Of a stretch of 64,000 nucleotides of DNA, positions 12,450-24,947 are shown piece by piece. The stretch is taken from contig JALMLS010000355.1 of NCBI GenBank assembly GCA_038496445.1, positions 1 through 64,000 of the forward strand, given 5' to 3'. A program made the position numbers and the translations under genes. The notes below the pieces were generated by a model, which did not search any database, had not been told where the DNA came from, and saw only the letters and a program-made list of their open reading frames with translations. The DNA is from Trichosphaerium sp. ATCC 40318 (lineage: Eukaryota; Protista; Tubulinea). Numbering within the stretch: the first letter of the stretch is position 1; every line of letters starts with the position of its first letter.

Positions 12450-13121
12450 TCAACCGGCTTTAGCTTTCGACTGTGCCACGGAAGAATTGCACATGATAAG
12501 GATATTATAAAAGGTAACAGCGTCATGTTGGCTAACAAAGAAACGAATTCGTTGCTTTTTGCAAACTTTTTTTTTGACTAAAAGATTACTCGTGATTTTG
12601 TTACACTTTTCTTGCAGTGTTGGATCAATGTCATGGACAGTAGGACTTAAATTGAATACACTAAGGTCTGCAATAAACGAATATTTACCATCATTACATA
12701 TAGCAGAATATTGAGCATATGAACCATAACCAGCTACATCTGTATGTTCAAACATTATCAAACAATTTAATACTCTAGATTGTATAAGTTAACAAAGTTT
12801 AGAAAAAAAGGATGTATGTCCTCGGAGTCTATTCAGACTTGTTTATGTCGCCATGTAATTTTGGCGAGCATCAGAGGTAGCTTCTTTGAGATTTGTTCGT
12901 ATGTAAGTTCCTTGTTAATTAAATCTGCTACCTTGACTCGAAACTTTATTATGGGACATAGGAGTAATGCAGATATTCTCCCTATCATCAAAACAACAGA
13001 ACAATATGTTAAAATACTTGAGACGCCATGGCGCTCTTAAACCCCGCGCCACAGTAATTAACATATTTTGAGCCTCACTAGTATCCAGAACAGTTTGATT
13101 AGCCACCACGAAACTACGCAC
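12450..13121 (-). CDS. Hypothetical multi-exon protein (boundaries uncertain)
   Basis: Open segments 12450..12761 and 12915..13121 flanked by GT/AG sites. No recognisable domain. Confidence 0.3.
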
Positions 13122-13492
13122 GTATCCTATGAGTAAGGTGGCTTTAGACGAAAATCTAGGCTTACTAAAAAATAGGGTTGGTGTAGTTGTTAACGAAGGC
13201 TATTAAGTGTTTTGTATCTCGCACCGTGAACTCGGGTGTTTCTCGGATAAACTCGCAAAAAACATTCGTTTTTTCACAGAAAGCGTTGTATCACGCAACA
13301 AACGATCGCTCCATTAGTCTTAATTACTCGTTAAAAACTATACCTCGGAGCTTGCGTGATGATAGGAGTCAATTTGACTCTCGTGTTCAGGTAAAAATTA
13401 GAAACACGCTTGACTAAAACAAACCAATCCAAAACAGACAATCACAACACACACGTGCCCACAAGTCTCTATTTATTAATACAAAATTAACC

Positions 13493-14031
13493 ATGAACAT
13501 TACAACACGTAAATATCTTCAAAACACGAGACAAATCAGTATGGCAACGATGCATGGACCTAAGAAACGTACAGGAAAAAGCATTAAAAGCAAAAAGCAG
13601 TAAGTTTTAATATTTTTTTTTACTTGTACCTAATCTAGAGTGTTTAGGAAGACGGAAAAGGCTCCAACACATCCACCGCCACCTCCTCCTAAGGGTTATA
13701 CTTCAAACAAAATGCGGAAAGCCAGAGCACTCAGTGTTAACTACGGAAGCCACAAAGCGAAGAAAGAGTGCCTTCGTAATATCTATGGCGCATTACCTGC
13801 GCCTCCTGTAGGCTCTAAAGTGAATATACATAAAAGTACGCCTGCTATCATTGTAGGAGCACAAAAGAAGAAACCAGTCGCTTGTCGCTTCAGGTCACGA
13901 AGTATTGGCGGCGTACCACGTGGTGTTCCGGAACCAGAAGCGAAAACTCAAAAGTACGATTTTTATACGAGTTACAACCGTAATCACGTGATATATATTT
14001 ATTTACTCATCTTTTAGGTCGATATACTTAG
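13493..14031 (+). CDS. Small basic, Pro-rich hypothetical protein (3 exons)
   Basis: ATG at 13493; CA|gtaagt..ag|A GTG joins ORF 13640; final exon C|GT CGA TAT ACT TAG, with AATAAA downstream. Confidence 0.55.
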
Positions 14032-14492
14032 CTTACAGACGAAATAAAAAACGTTCAGACTCTGATAGTTAAGGAATACGCAGCACCTGTTGGCAATGTA
14101 ATATACTGTAAAATAAAATTAAACAAAGGGAACATAATTGTATGACAGTATCATTTAGTTTCTTATGTTGACGACATGTTGTCGTAGGTACCAAACCATT
14201 TTTATGTTTGCCAGAATTGTCTCTGTGTGTACCTAGTTTCCTGAGAAAAGCAACGCTGCTGTCACGATATCTACACACATGTGCAAACTTCTTGGCATTG
14301 TATAACGAGTTCAGGTACTTATACTCTCGCACATGATGCGTTTGACAAGTAAGGTCTGAGATGGGCAGGCCATGCATTTGAAGCACATCTCGGTTAAAGT
14401 TCTTTTACGCACATGATTTCTCGGTTAAGTCTGACAAACAGCGGACAATTGTTTGCCCTTTTTAGTCCGACTAGTTTAGCTTTACAACACCT

Positions 14493-16678
14493 ATGTACCT
14501 ACTCATAGCATTCTTCGCATTAGCGTTACCTGTTATAACGTTTACAATTGTATACGCAAGATTCCTGGTGCGTCTCATAAAACTACAGCCATAGCGCATG
14601 TCATACTGTACAACAATCTAAACAGCTTTTTTCAGAATCGGGTGCGAAATAAACCGTGTAACGGCCCAGATGGTGTTCCTATATTCGGAACGATGATAGA
14701 TAGTCTAAATAATAGAGATAGATATCTAGATTATGCGATGGAGCTGAGAAAAGAGGTGCGACTTAACGAACTTTTACACTTTTTTGAGCAAAAAAGGTTT
14801 TTCTTTCATAAATCTGCAAGTAACACGTGATACATAGTATGGTACAGCTATTTATTTGTACAATCCATTCACCCAAGGGATTTTACTTCTTAATCCTGAA
14901 GATATCAAGCACGTGTTGTATACCAACTTTAAGAATTTTACTCGTCAAGGTTAGTTTCAAAAAAAAACCAAAAGTATCCGAGATAACAATATGTAGGTAT
15001 GAACAAGAATAGATATTGGTTCAAGTGGCTTGGTAGTGGTATATTCAACGCTTGGGGTGATAATTGGCGCGAACAGAGGTAAACAGCATACACAACTATT
15101 GGATTTTTATTATATTTTTGGAATACTTTTTCTTTGCGAAGATCCATGCTCTGTCCTGCTTCTTTTCTTTATTCTTTCCAATAACCTCATTTTACTAATT
15201 CTTCGGAAAGGAAAACAGCAAGACCTCTTTTCCACAAGCTTGTAGTACAAGACATGATGCCACAGTTCAGAGAAAACGCACACATTGTAATAGATATTTT
15301 ACAATCGCACATGAATTCTGGAGAACCTATCGACATACAAGACTTATTTTTCCGATATACACTTGATACATTCGGTAAACTTGGATTTGGAGAAGACCTG
15401 GGATCCTTGAAATCTAAGCCAGAGTTTGCAACTTGCTTTGATAAAACTCAAGAAATTGTTGTTTCTTCCTTCCGCAATCCTATTCTTTCTGTAGGTTTTT
15501 TTTAGTGTCTGTTTTCAGTAGTTAGCTCTAACTCCTTTGCAGTATACAAGTGCACTTAAGGAATTTGATACCTGTATAGAAACAATAGAAAAAGCAGTCT
15601 ACGGATTTATAAGTAAAAGACGGCAGTTACAACGGGAGGAACTACTTAAACGAAAGGTACTAATTCCGACTTTCTTTCTTACTTTTTTCTTTAACCTTCG
15701 GCTTTGTAGGATTTACTGTCAAGGTTCATGTGTTTACGTGATGATAATGGCGAACCTTACTCCGATAAATACCTAAGAGACATATTCATGAATTTCTTGA
15801 TAGCTGGTCGTGGTACGTGCGAACAGTTTAGTAAATCCTCTGAAAAAATGTTTCTTAACTGTTTGTAAGATACTACCGCTGTTCTTATGTCTTGGTTCAC
15901 ATACCTTGTTTCTACCCATGAAAGTTCTCTTCAAAATGTTTTAAAGGAGATAGACCAAACGTTTCCTGATTTACAAGAGCCAAGGGAAAGCGAGTATCAA
16001 CACATGCGAGTTCTTCATAACGTACTAGCTATTATTATGTAAGCTCTAACTTTTGTTCTAGACTATTCAAGAAACTCTTCGTCTTTACCCCTCTGTACCT
16101 TTTAACGGTAGATTCACTATTGAAGATGATGTACTACCAAGTGGTATTACAATAAGAGCAGTACGCTTAATCACAACACATTTAAAATATCAAGTTTATG
16201 AAATTCAAACTAGTCAAGTGAAAACGTGCTTTCTGTTTACAGCTGTTTTCCAATGTAGGGTATGAGAGCTCGTATTTCAATGTACTTGACACACAGAGAT
16301 CCTGATCTATGGAATGAACCGAATGTATTCAAACCTGGTACAACTAGAAACCTAAACCGAAAATCCAAACTGTTTCTAAAATTATTTTTTAGAAAGATGG
16401 GATGATCCACACTTACTTAAACACCCCTATCAGTTTGTTCCGTTCCATGCAGGACCACAAATATGTGAGTATTATTTAACCGACTATAATTCAGTATCTA
16501 ATAATCAAAAGGTCTTGGTAAAGGACTAGCTCTGACAGAAGCAAAAACTCTCTTAATTATGTTATTACAAAGATTTACTTTTTCGCTTGCACCAGACCAC
16601 GTTGTTAAACCAAAACCGAAGGTAATACTAGTATCTTCAACTGGGATGAAGATGAACGTTAGAGGCCGTGTAAATTAA
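14493..16678 (+). CDS. Cytochrome P450, CYP86/CYP704/CYP52-like (fatty-acid hydroxylase-type), copy 1
   Basis: N-terminal TM anchor; DIQDLFFRYTLDTFGKLGFG; NFLIAGR|DTTA (I-helix); ETLRLYP; FKP|ERW; FVPFHAGPQIC|LG heme motif. Confidence 0.92.
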
Positions 16679-16874
16679 GTCAACTATCGAATAAAATAAA
16701 CAATCATAACTACATTGGAAGTAAAGGGCGTGTGACATTGATTCAAAAAAACACGTGTATTTTTTCACATTTCGCTGAAGTTTCGACCAGTGGCGATAGC
16801 TAAGTTCGAACTATATCTAACCGTAAACTTAGAAACAAAATTATTGTTAAATTTATTAAGATGAGAAGCTAGCT

Positions 16875-18183
16875 CTATTGTGGTTTTTTCTTGGCACGTT
16901 TGGCGTTCTTTACATTTTCTGTATCAGTCTCGAGAGACCTCTTTGTACCTCTTGCAATACGTTCTTTGTAACTAACAATGAGCGCTTTTTTATCTTTGAT
17001 GATCTTATCTTTAGTCTTGATTGCGTTTTGCATGTTTGCAACTGTAGCTAGAAGCTCTTTGTTCTTTCTCTCGTTTTCTTTTAATTCATCAAAACGGCTC
17101 AATGATACCACTTTAACTTTATTGTGGGCTGGGTGTTCACGAGATAAATCTTCATAAACAGCTAAAAATAGAATTAGAAATTTCCCAAAAAAACAACTAC
17201 AACACATACCAGGAGTTCCTTGTTGTAATGTGTAACTAAGTCTGTACCCCAAGTGCTTGATTATGCCTTTAATTTTGCTTACGGCGCTTTCCATTTGACG
17301 CCTTTTATCGTGGAAAGAGTAATGAGTTATATCAGGGTGACCGGTTTTCCACAAAGTAGAAATGTCAGGCAAGTCACTCAGAAAACGATTTAGTTTCCAG
17401 TCCGTCGCAATTAATTTTGCACACTTGAACAACTCTCCTCGGTAAGCTGCTACGCGCAGATAGCACTCCCAACCATCAATATTACGGTAAGTTAGGTTGG
17501 CGGGAACTCCACCGACAATTGCTTCGAATACGAAGCAAAGTTCTGCGCAAGCGTAGCAAAAGAGGTAGCGCAATAAAACAGCTGATTTACCAGCAAAACG
17601 CCTTGGAGACGACCTAAAAGTTTTTGTTAGAAAAAAACAATCAATCAACCAAAAAAAAAATAGTGAACGTACCTGAGGGTTGCCTCACGCTTTCTGTGCC
17701 TAACCAAAGCTGAAGAAGCCCTTGAAAGTCGTTAGGAAAAACACATTTTAATAAAATGACGTACTTGTAACTCTCTTGCTTCGGTTTCGCGGTAGGAGTG
17801 GGTGTTGTGGAGGGTAAATACGAGCTAGAAGAGTAAGTTAGAAAACAAGTTAAAAGTGAATAAAAAAAAAACTCGTGGTAGTGAAATTCGAGGTGTATTT
17901 TAATTAGTTACACTGTGACGTGATAAACTAAATTATGCGTACGCTGTTGCTTGAGCTGGGGCAAGCATTGAAGGGCATCTTTGGGTCGTTGGTGCTTCAA
18001 CTATTCAATTCGTTAACAGTTTAAAAAGTACTGAACAAAACAAGAGGATTAAACGTACTACCAAAGGAAGCTTGCGGCGAGATTTGAGTGCTAGTTTCTG
18101 AAGGTTGTGAAACTAAAGTTAAGAGTAAGCCACGTGAATATCAAAGCACTCAACGTACATTTCTTCTTGTTGTCGTTGCTCAT
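16875..18183 (-). CDS. Hypothetical protein with C-terminal coiled coil and NLS-like tail
   Basis: Long ORF 16875..17648 (containing an in-frame intron) plus upstream small exons; ends KNAKRAKKKPQ*. The start may lie further upstream. Confidence 0.5.
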
Positions 18184-18879
18184 TTGCTTTGGAAGTTGTT
18201 TCGATCCAGTTGGTATTCTTTTGTGAGTTTTAGAACTTGACGGCGTTTGACATTTTGTACAGAAAGTCAACCACATTCTCATCGATGAAGAAAGTGATAA
18301 AATACAGTTATGGCTTTGTGACTCTTTCCTACGCATTAATTTCATGTTCTACGCTCTTGTATACAGTTATTTTCGATTTTCTTATCGAGTTTTCTAAAAC
18401 AGTTTATATTGGTGCCCTTATAGCTTCCAGGTGCTCTTGTTTCTGTTGCTACAAATTATAGTGCCCCTGTTGCGGTAAAGTGGCGGCAGTTTCTTGATAT
18501 GTACAAGTGTATTTTTCAATCACAGTAAATCACATAACTAGATTGAAAAGTAGCGAAACTCAAGCTGTTTTGGTTAAAACCGACAGTTGGCGTCTAAAAA
18601 GAACCAATGTACTTCGGGAATTATATAGAATGATTGGTTGTGCTCTAACAATAGTAGAATATTAAATCACGCGTATGAAATAACGTTTTAATTCCTATCC
18701 GTTTCTTATTTTCTTGTTTGGTTGAACTATACATAATATGTTGTTATATCGAAGCAACTTTAATCATGGCTTTACTATTTATAGTCACATATCAATTATC
18801 TAGAAGCGAATTAATTAATGTGCCAAAATAAGTGGTACTGTTGCACTGTCAAAATGATTGACACTGTATGAAGAACACT

Positions 18880-19301
18880 ACAGATAAAGGTACCAAGTTC
18901 CCACTGAACTACAGTATCTTAAAGGTGCTACAGTTAGTTTAACAGGTTGTAAAAAACTGAAGGGCGTTCATACTATTCACCTTTCTGACACTAAAGTAAC
19001 AGATGTGGGTGTTAAAGCGCTTGCTGGCGTTCATACCATCCACCTATAAAACAACCACGAAAAAGAGTTAGGTCAATTCTGTTATAGTATCAACTGATAA
19101 GGATTGAGAGAAGTTAAGTCTGTTGAGCAAACTCTGCTTTCTGATTGTGGCAATATTACAAATGAAGGAGTTAAAAGTCCTATGAAAACAGCCAAGTATC
19201 ACATGTACAATAAATGTAGTAAAAAAATACCTAGTCACCGTTACATAAAAGAGGTTCTGAAGATAATGAAGGTAAATACCATTGGACAAAATAAGGCGTG
19301 A
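18880..19301 (+). pseudogene. Degenerate LRR gene relic
   Basis: LKGVHTIHLSDTKVTDVGVKALAGVHTIHL*, then ITDKGLREV..LSDCGNITNEGVK in shifted frames with stops. Confidence 0.55.
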
Positions 19302-19334
19302 AAGATGATTGTATTGCAGAGTTACAATCAAACG

Positions 19335-20443
19335 TTATTGGTCAGGTGTGTAGCCATACCAATCAGGGCATTGTATTCCTTTTACACAAAAAGATTTCGT
19401 AATTAAGTAATCCTTTTCGCTTCCACAAGCACGATTAAAAGATTCAGCTCGCAAGCCAATTGATGGTTTCCCAAGAGTGAGTCTTGCACGTCTCTGTGGA
19501 TTACGCAAAAGGTGCTTAATATCCGCACATTTATCTATATCATCTATTAACGCATTGATGCGCTTAACCCGGATATTAAAGCCACCATAGAACCTACCCA
19601 ACTGTTAGAAAAAAACAAACAACTGTGTCCAAATTAAAAAACTGTTTGTTTGTACCCTGGAACTGGACACCACATCGGAACCTCTGGATTTCCAAAGCAC
19701 GTGATACATTTCAGTTGAGGTCTAAGAACAATATTTAGTACAAGCGTCTCTGGTAGTTCTTCTGTCATAGCTTCATTCAATTTATCTGTAAGTGCTTTCA
19801 TTTCTGCTTCATCAGCAAAACCGATCTTTGGATCTCCGTAGCATCTCGGTTTCAACAGCACTAGCAAGTCTTTATGGCCGTTTAACTTAGCAACATCATA
19901 CGCAGTGTTTCCATTGGCATCTATGTAAACTTAGAGCTGGCATGAAGCCGAAAAAAAACAAGAAAGGAGCATACCTGTGTACCATGTCATTTGAGGAACA
20001 ATCAGTAAAATCTTCTTTAAAACATCACGTGGTGAACCTTTTCTTGCTATAACGTGCAAAAAGCTCTCCATTGGACAAATCTCAGAGTCAGTACTGAACA
20101 TACCGAGTGCTGAAGCCTCTGGAATGTGCTCCCCAATTTCGAACGTTTTCTCCCAATTTCCTTCTTCGGCATTTGTAAAGGCTTTATCGAGCAAATCTTT
20201 ACCCTTTGATTTCAGGCACTCATCGTCGCACCAATATACTCTTGTTATTGATTGTGCAGCCGGTTTAAGCTCTTTCCGTAAGAATAACCAATCAGATGAT
20301 ACAGTTTTCAACGCTGAGGTGGTTGATAGCCATGATAACGTTTTTGAAACGCATAAAAGTGTAGGATAGCACTCTGATGCTTCGTTACTAATAATATAAG
20401 CTAAAATTTCTTTGGGCAGTTCTAGGAGGTATGGAGTTGCCAT
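19335..20443 (-). CDS. F-box + ankyrin-like repeat protein (3 exons)
   Basis: MATPYLLELPKEILAYII..LLCVSKTL (F-box); SFLHVIARKG...|DANGNTAYDVAKLNGHKDLLVLL (ankyrin-like). Confidence 0.7.
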
Positions 20444-21234
20444 TTCTGTGAGTTGTGTGTTAGTAAAGTCCGAGTGCTGACTTAACACAAGATCTTGCGG
20501 CTGAATTTCGCAGAAATTTTACACAACGAAATCCTTTGAGAACTACCTCGTTGATTGTTTTAATTTAGAATTTTATATAATTCCCACATTATATATATAC
20601 GTTCTAGGTAGATGTTACAACAATCACCTCTAATTGATCTCATGTCCAATAGAAAAAAAATATGACAAGATAAAATGTTCCTCGCAATTTGCCATTTTGC
20701 TTCAACTGAAACCAAGTATAATACGGCCTAATAACTCCCAAATAGAAAAATGTTTGGGAATGACAAATACACTAATCAAGCCATTTCAAAGGAAGGTTTT
20801 ATTCTTTAATTACATAACGTTTATTGCAAAAAATGTAGCATCCCCTAGGCTAAAACCGTCCACTGTCATTCTGTAGTGGTTCTCAGGTGTAATAGGTTGC
20901 CTAGGACTTGCGTACAAGAAGCAAATTTCACCTCTTTTGTTTCAGCTAGCTGCCAAGAGAAACCAACAAAAAGGAGTGCATGTTTGTATTAAATGGTGGA
21001 AACATTATCTTAACATACGGTCCGTATCTCCAAGTTCTTTAGATTTCATAAGTTCGAAGCAATCTGGGTAATCTTTCTTAAATTCCACTTCATAGGTACC
21101 TCCAGGGAGAAAATGTGTATGTTCCTCAACGTAGCACTCTTATGTGGTTTAAAAAAAAAAAGTCAATTCATAGGTATTTATTTTGTGTTGCATTTATTAG
21201 TAACAAAAAACGAAGTTTCAACAAGTGAAACGTT

Positions 21235-23389
21235 TTATTTAAGCACAAGAGTGGTTTCAGTTGACCCTACAGCGTCTTTAGTCTTGGCTGTAATTGTACT
21301 ACTTTTGCTTCCGCTCTTGTTAGAAAAGCTAGATGTTGGCTTTTGCTGCGACTTCTGTACCATCCAAATCTGTAGCTAAAAAAAGAATCAAAAAGGAAAG
21401 TTGAAGACACAAATACTTGTTGCAGTTGACAAGCTTTTAATTCACCCCGTAGAACTACACATGTATGAAGTTGGCGAGTTTGCTTTGAAAAAGAGGGCGA
21501 CTCTTGTAGCACCACGTGGTATATACAGACTTTTAAAACGACGTACCAAGTCAACCACAGAACTAAACATAAAGAAAGAGTACCATATGATTACATAACC
21601 CACAGGGTTATCTGAAACAGAAGTAATTGAAAGCCCAAAAAAAAATAGAATACCGACACTCGAAGTTCCAACAACAAGTATTCGATAAAGAACCTACAAA
21701 AGCATTTAATAAAAAAATTGTATCGGGTTGATACAGCTTACTTTTAATGCCATTTTCCTACTTTGACTATCTTCTACACCATGTTTCAGCTTTGCCAAAA
21801 TAATACCCGCGATAACAAGGCAGTATATAAACGCTGCAAGTATTGTGAGGACCTACAAAAACTGAGAAATCTAATGTTCTATAAATAGATTGAATGAGCG
21901 TACAAGAAGTGCAGAGGCAATGGCAGAAAAACCTCTATTATCCGAAACCAATGGAGCAATTGAGTTAAAGAGTGTAATGAGCATCAGTACAGCAAAGTAT
22001 CCATAGAAAACGTATTGAGTTTTTGTCAAATAGTGCCTAACTTTGAGATCTTTCCTAGCGAGAACTTGATGCCTACATCTGTTTGTTAGTTTCTGGCAGT
22101 TTAGTTTCATTATGCAGTACCAGAACAAAGCCACCAAAACCGAACAAGTTACACTTAATATAAATTAGCTAGCAGCCTTTGTGTTTATGATTGGACGCAC
22201 GAGAATGTCAAACTAATAGTAAATGCAGACCTCACAATAAAAAAGGGATAAACTTTAAAGCTACCAACAGGGTCGACAGCTATTGAAAAAAAGTAGGTTA
22301 GCAAACGTAAAGATACAAAAAACCAACTACGTGCCATGCAGTATAAGACGGCATATAACAGCAAACATTGACAAAACAACACACACTATCGGTACAGACT
22401 TGATATGGCAACGCTCACATACTTTAAGACGATATAACCTATGAAAACTGATAAACAATAATCGCATATTTGAATTGGTTCCACGCACGTGTAGATGGCG
22501 TATCCAAGTACACCGAAGTTGACGACAATAATAGTTACTAGCCAAACAATCATCCAACTACTACCAAATATGTCTACCCATACATTACCGTCAGGTACAG
22601 CATCGACGAGATAAGATCCATTAGCAACCAAATGATCAAAATTAAAACTAGCATCCACTTCACCAAGCGGAATCTAAAAATACCTTCATTACAAAAAACA
22701 CGTGTTTTTCACTCTGGATACAGCGAAGTATCTGACTCACACAACTTTCCTGCTTCTTGAAACATGGTGGCAGGAGCCACACAGCAACCCACATTGTTTA
22801 GGTGCCACAAGAAGTGTAGAGATTAAATCTCCAGAATATAACGAAAAAAGATATTACCCTTTTCCAATATTGGTATTTGTTATGTGGTGCCCGCTGCCAA
22901 AGTTTTAGGCAGTTTCAGTCGTATGAGTCGGGTTACTCCGGTGTATGACAAAGGTAGAAAATGTATTCGAAACTCACGAAAATGTCTTCGTTTCCAAAGT
23001 GTATCTCAAATTCGCCTTTCCCAGGCCTCTTTGTCCTCGATATAATTCCTAGAGCTCCTCCTCTTTGAATACGCATTAACTGTGGCTCTTGAGGTTCTCC
23101 CCGCTCGGCTAGCATCACCAGTTTGCCTAAATACAGAATTTAGAATAACAAGCACTTCCACTTTTTACTTGCCTGAGAAGTTCGTAGCAGTCTCTGGAAC
23201 TAATACAACGCCTGTAAAGTGCCACGTGATCGAATTTCTTTTAAACTTAATTGGCGCAAGCTCCATAGGTTCTTCATTGCTGTCTACTACTACTAGGGTG
23301 GCGCTAATGTTCAGAATGAAAGCCAGAAGTAAAATAACTACAGTAGCTCTTTTCATTCTTAGCAGACCTATAAGTTGTTTTCGGAACAT
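21235..23389 (-). CDS. Signal peptide + PA-like ectodomain + multi-pass (about 7TM) membrane protein
   Basis: Signal MKRATVVILLLAFIL; PA-like IQRGGALGII; several hydrophobic exons (WLVTIIVVNFGVLGYA, VCVVLSMFAVICRLIL, LVALFWY, YFAVLMLITLF); Ser/Thr/Lys tail ending TLVLK*. Confidence 0.65.
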
Positions 23390-24947
23390 CACTTATCAAA
23401 TCACAACCTAACCTTATCATACCATTTAACAAGCAAAGTGTTTAGGTTTACCTAAAGTGATGTCTATGTTACAGAACGCTAAGAGGCAGTCAAATTACTT
23501 CTAGACAAAATAGACGTTGCTGCAGCATTGTGACAATTATCCCAAATCAAAAACAACAGACTGGTTATGAACGCTAAGGCTATTTTAACGTCGAGAACTA
23601 CTCATTAAGAACATCAAAATACTTGTCCGTTTCGGAGTCTCGGACGCTCAGACACTCGGCAAACTGCTTTTCCAATGCTACGACCCTTTCGAACTCATAG
23701 TTATAAAAAATGTGTTTCAGAAGGCGGATATGCTGTTTGTGAGTGACTGCCAATACTATGATGTATGCCCATTACTGCAACTAAAGATGTAATTTCTGGA
23801 GAGGAACACATAGCTTTGCTCTCACTCTGACATCAGACTGAATGCGAACAGCAATGTTGTTAAGCGTTATTCAAGTACCAACAAGAGACTCTACGTATTG
23901 CTACGACAAGAAAGTGTGTTGATACGAGTTACAGTTTAAATCTAATTCATACCTAAGAAACGTTAGAATATTGTGACACGTTCCCTAAAAGGATAACTTA
24001 ATATTCTTCCGCTATGAATGAATAATATGAATATTCGAATATAGGTAATATTTCGTGTCAGTGTCAGTGTCAGGGGCGAATATTTTAGTCACCAAACGCC
24101 GTGAATATTCATGAATGTGCCATGTGGGACAATAAAGGTTTTTGGAAAATCAAAATACATTCATACAAACAGTACAACGTATGCAAATGCGCAGTACACA
24201 AGGTTATTGTTTCCACAATTAACAAACCGAAAGCTATTTTTGCTACCCAGATAGAGAATTGTGGTGCTAAGAGTATGGTTTTCCTTATCAAGTCTTTGCA
24301 AAAAGACATTCAACTTTTGTTTTGATTTTATTTGCTGGCAAAACGTGCCACTACATTTCTACTCCACATGCACGATCGTCTATGCCAACACGTACATGAA
24401 AGAATACATGTTGATTTAGACGCTCTAACGCGAAGAGACGCTACACCGACAATCAACCATCACTGCCAACCGTAAATCACTGACCAGTATGTAGTGTAGA
24501 CTAGTATCGAGAAAGAAAGCCAGGAACCAAGCCTTTATTGAAGCGGAAGCAACATTAATGAAGCTGGAAGCTTCAAAAGGTATTGACGAAGCATTTTCCA
24601 TGACATCACGGACTTGTGCGCTCTTTGAACCGAATAAAATTATTTGTTTTTCTAATACGTATTAATTACGCTCGTTAACGACGATAGAGGATACCATAGC
24701 GTAAAATGAGCCATTTCCACAGTAAAAACTACAAATAGTCGATTTAATTCATGAAATATACCTCAAGTAGAACCACATGTTGTGTTACTGGCATTACGTA
24801 CTTTTCGGCGTTGTATTACCTTTGTTGACTGATTTTGGGTTGTTTTTTCATCAAACCAGAATGTCAATAGCAATTCTTTTTCCAACGCTTTGAACTGACA
24901 TTTTTTGTAACGACGTCACTTCTTACATTTTGCTGTCGTTATCAAAC

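Noticed and set aside
24025-24110. GAATATTC palindromes and (GTGTCA)3 microrepeat
   Set aside because: Short and low-complexity; compatible with chance in AT-rich intergenic DNA.
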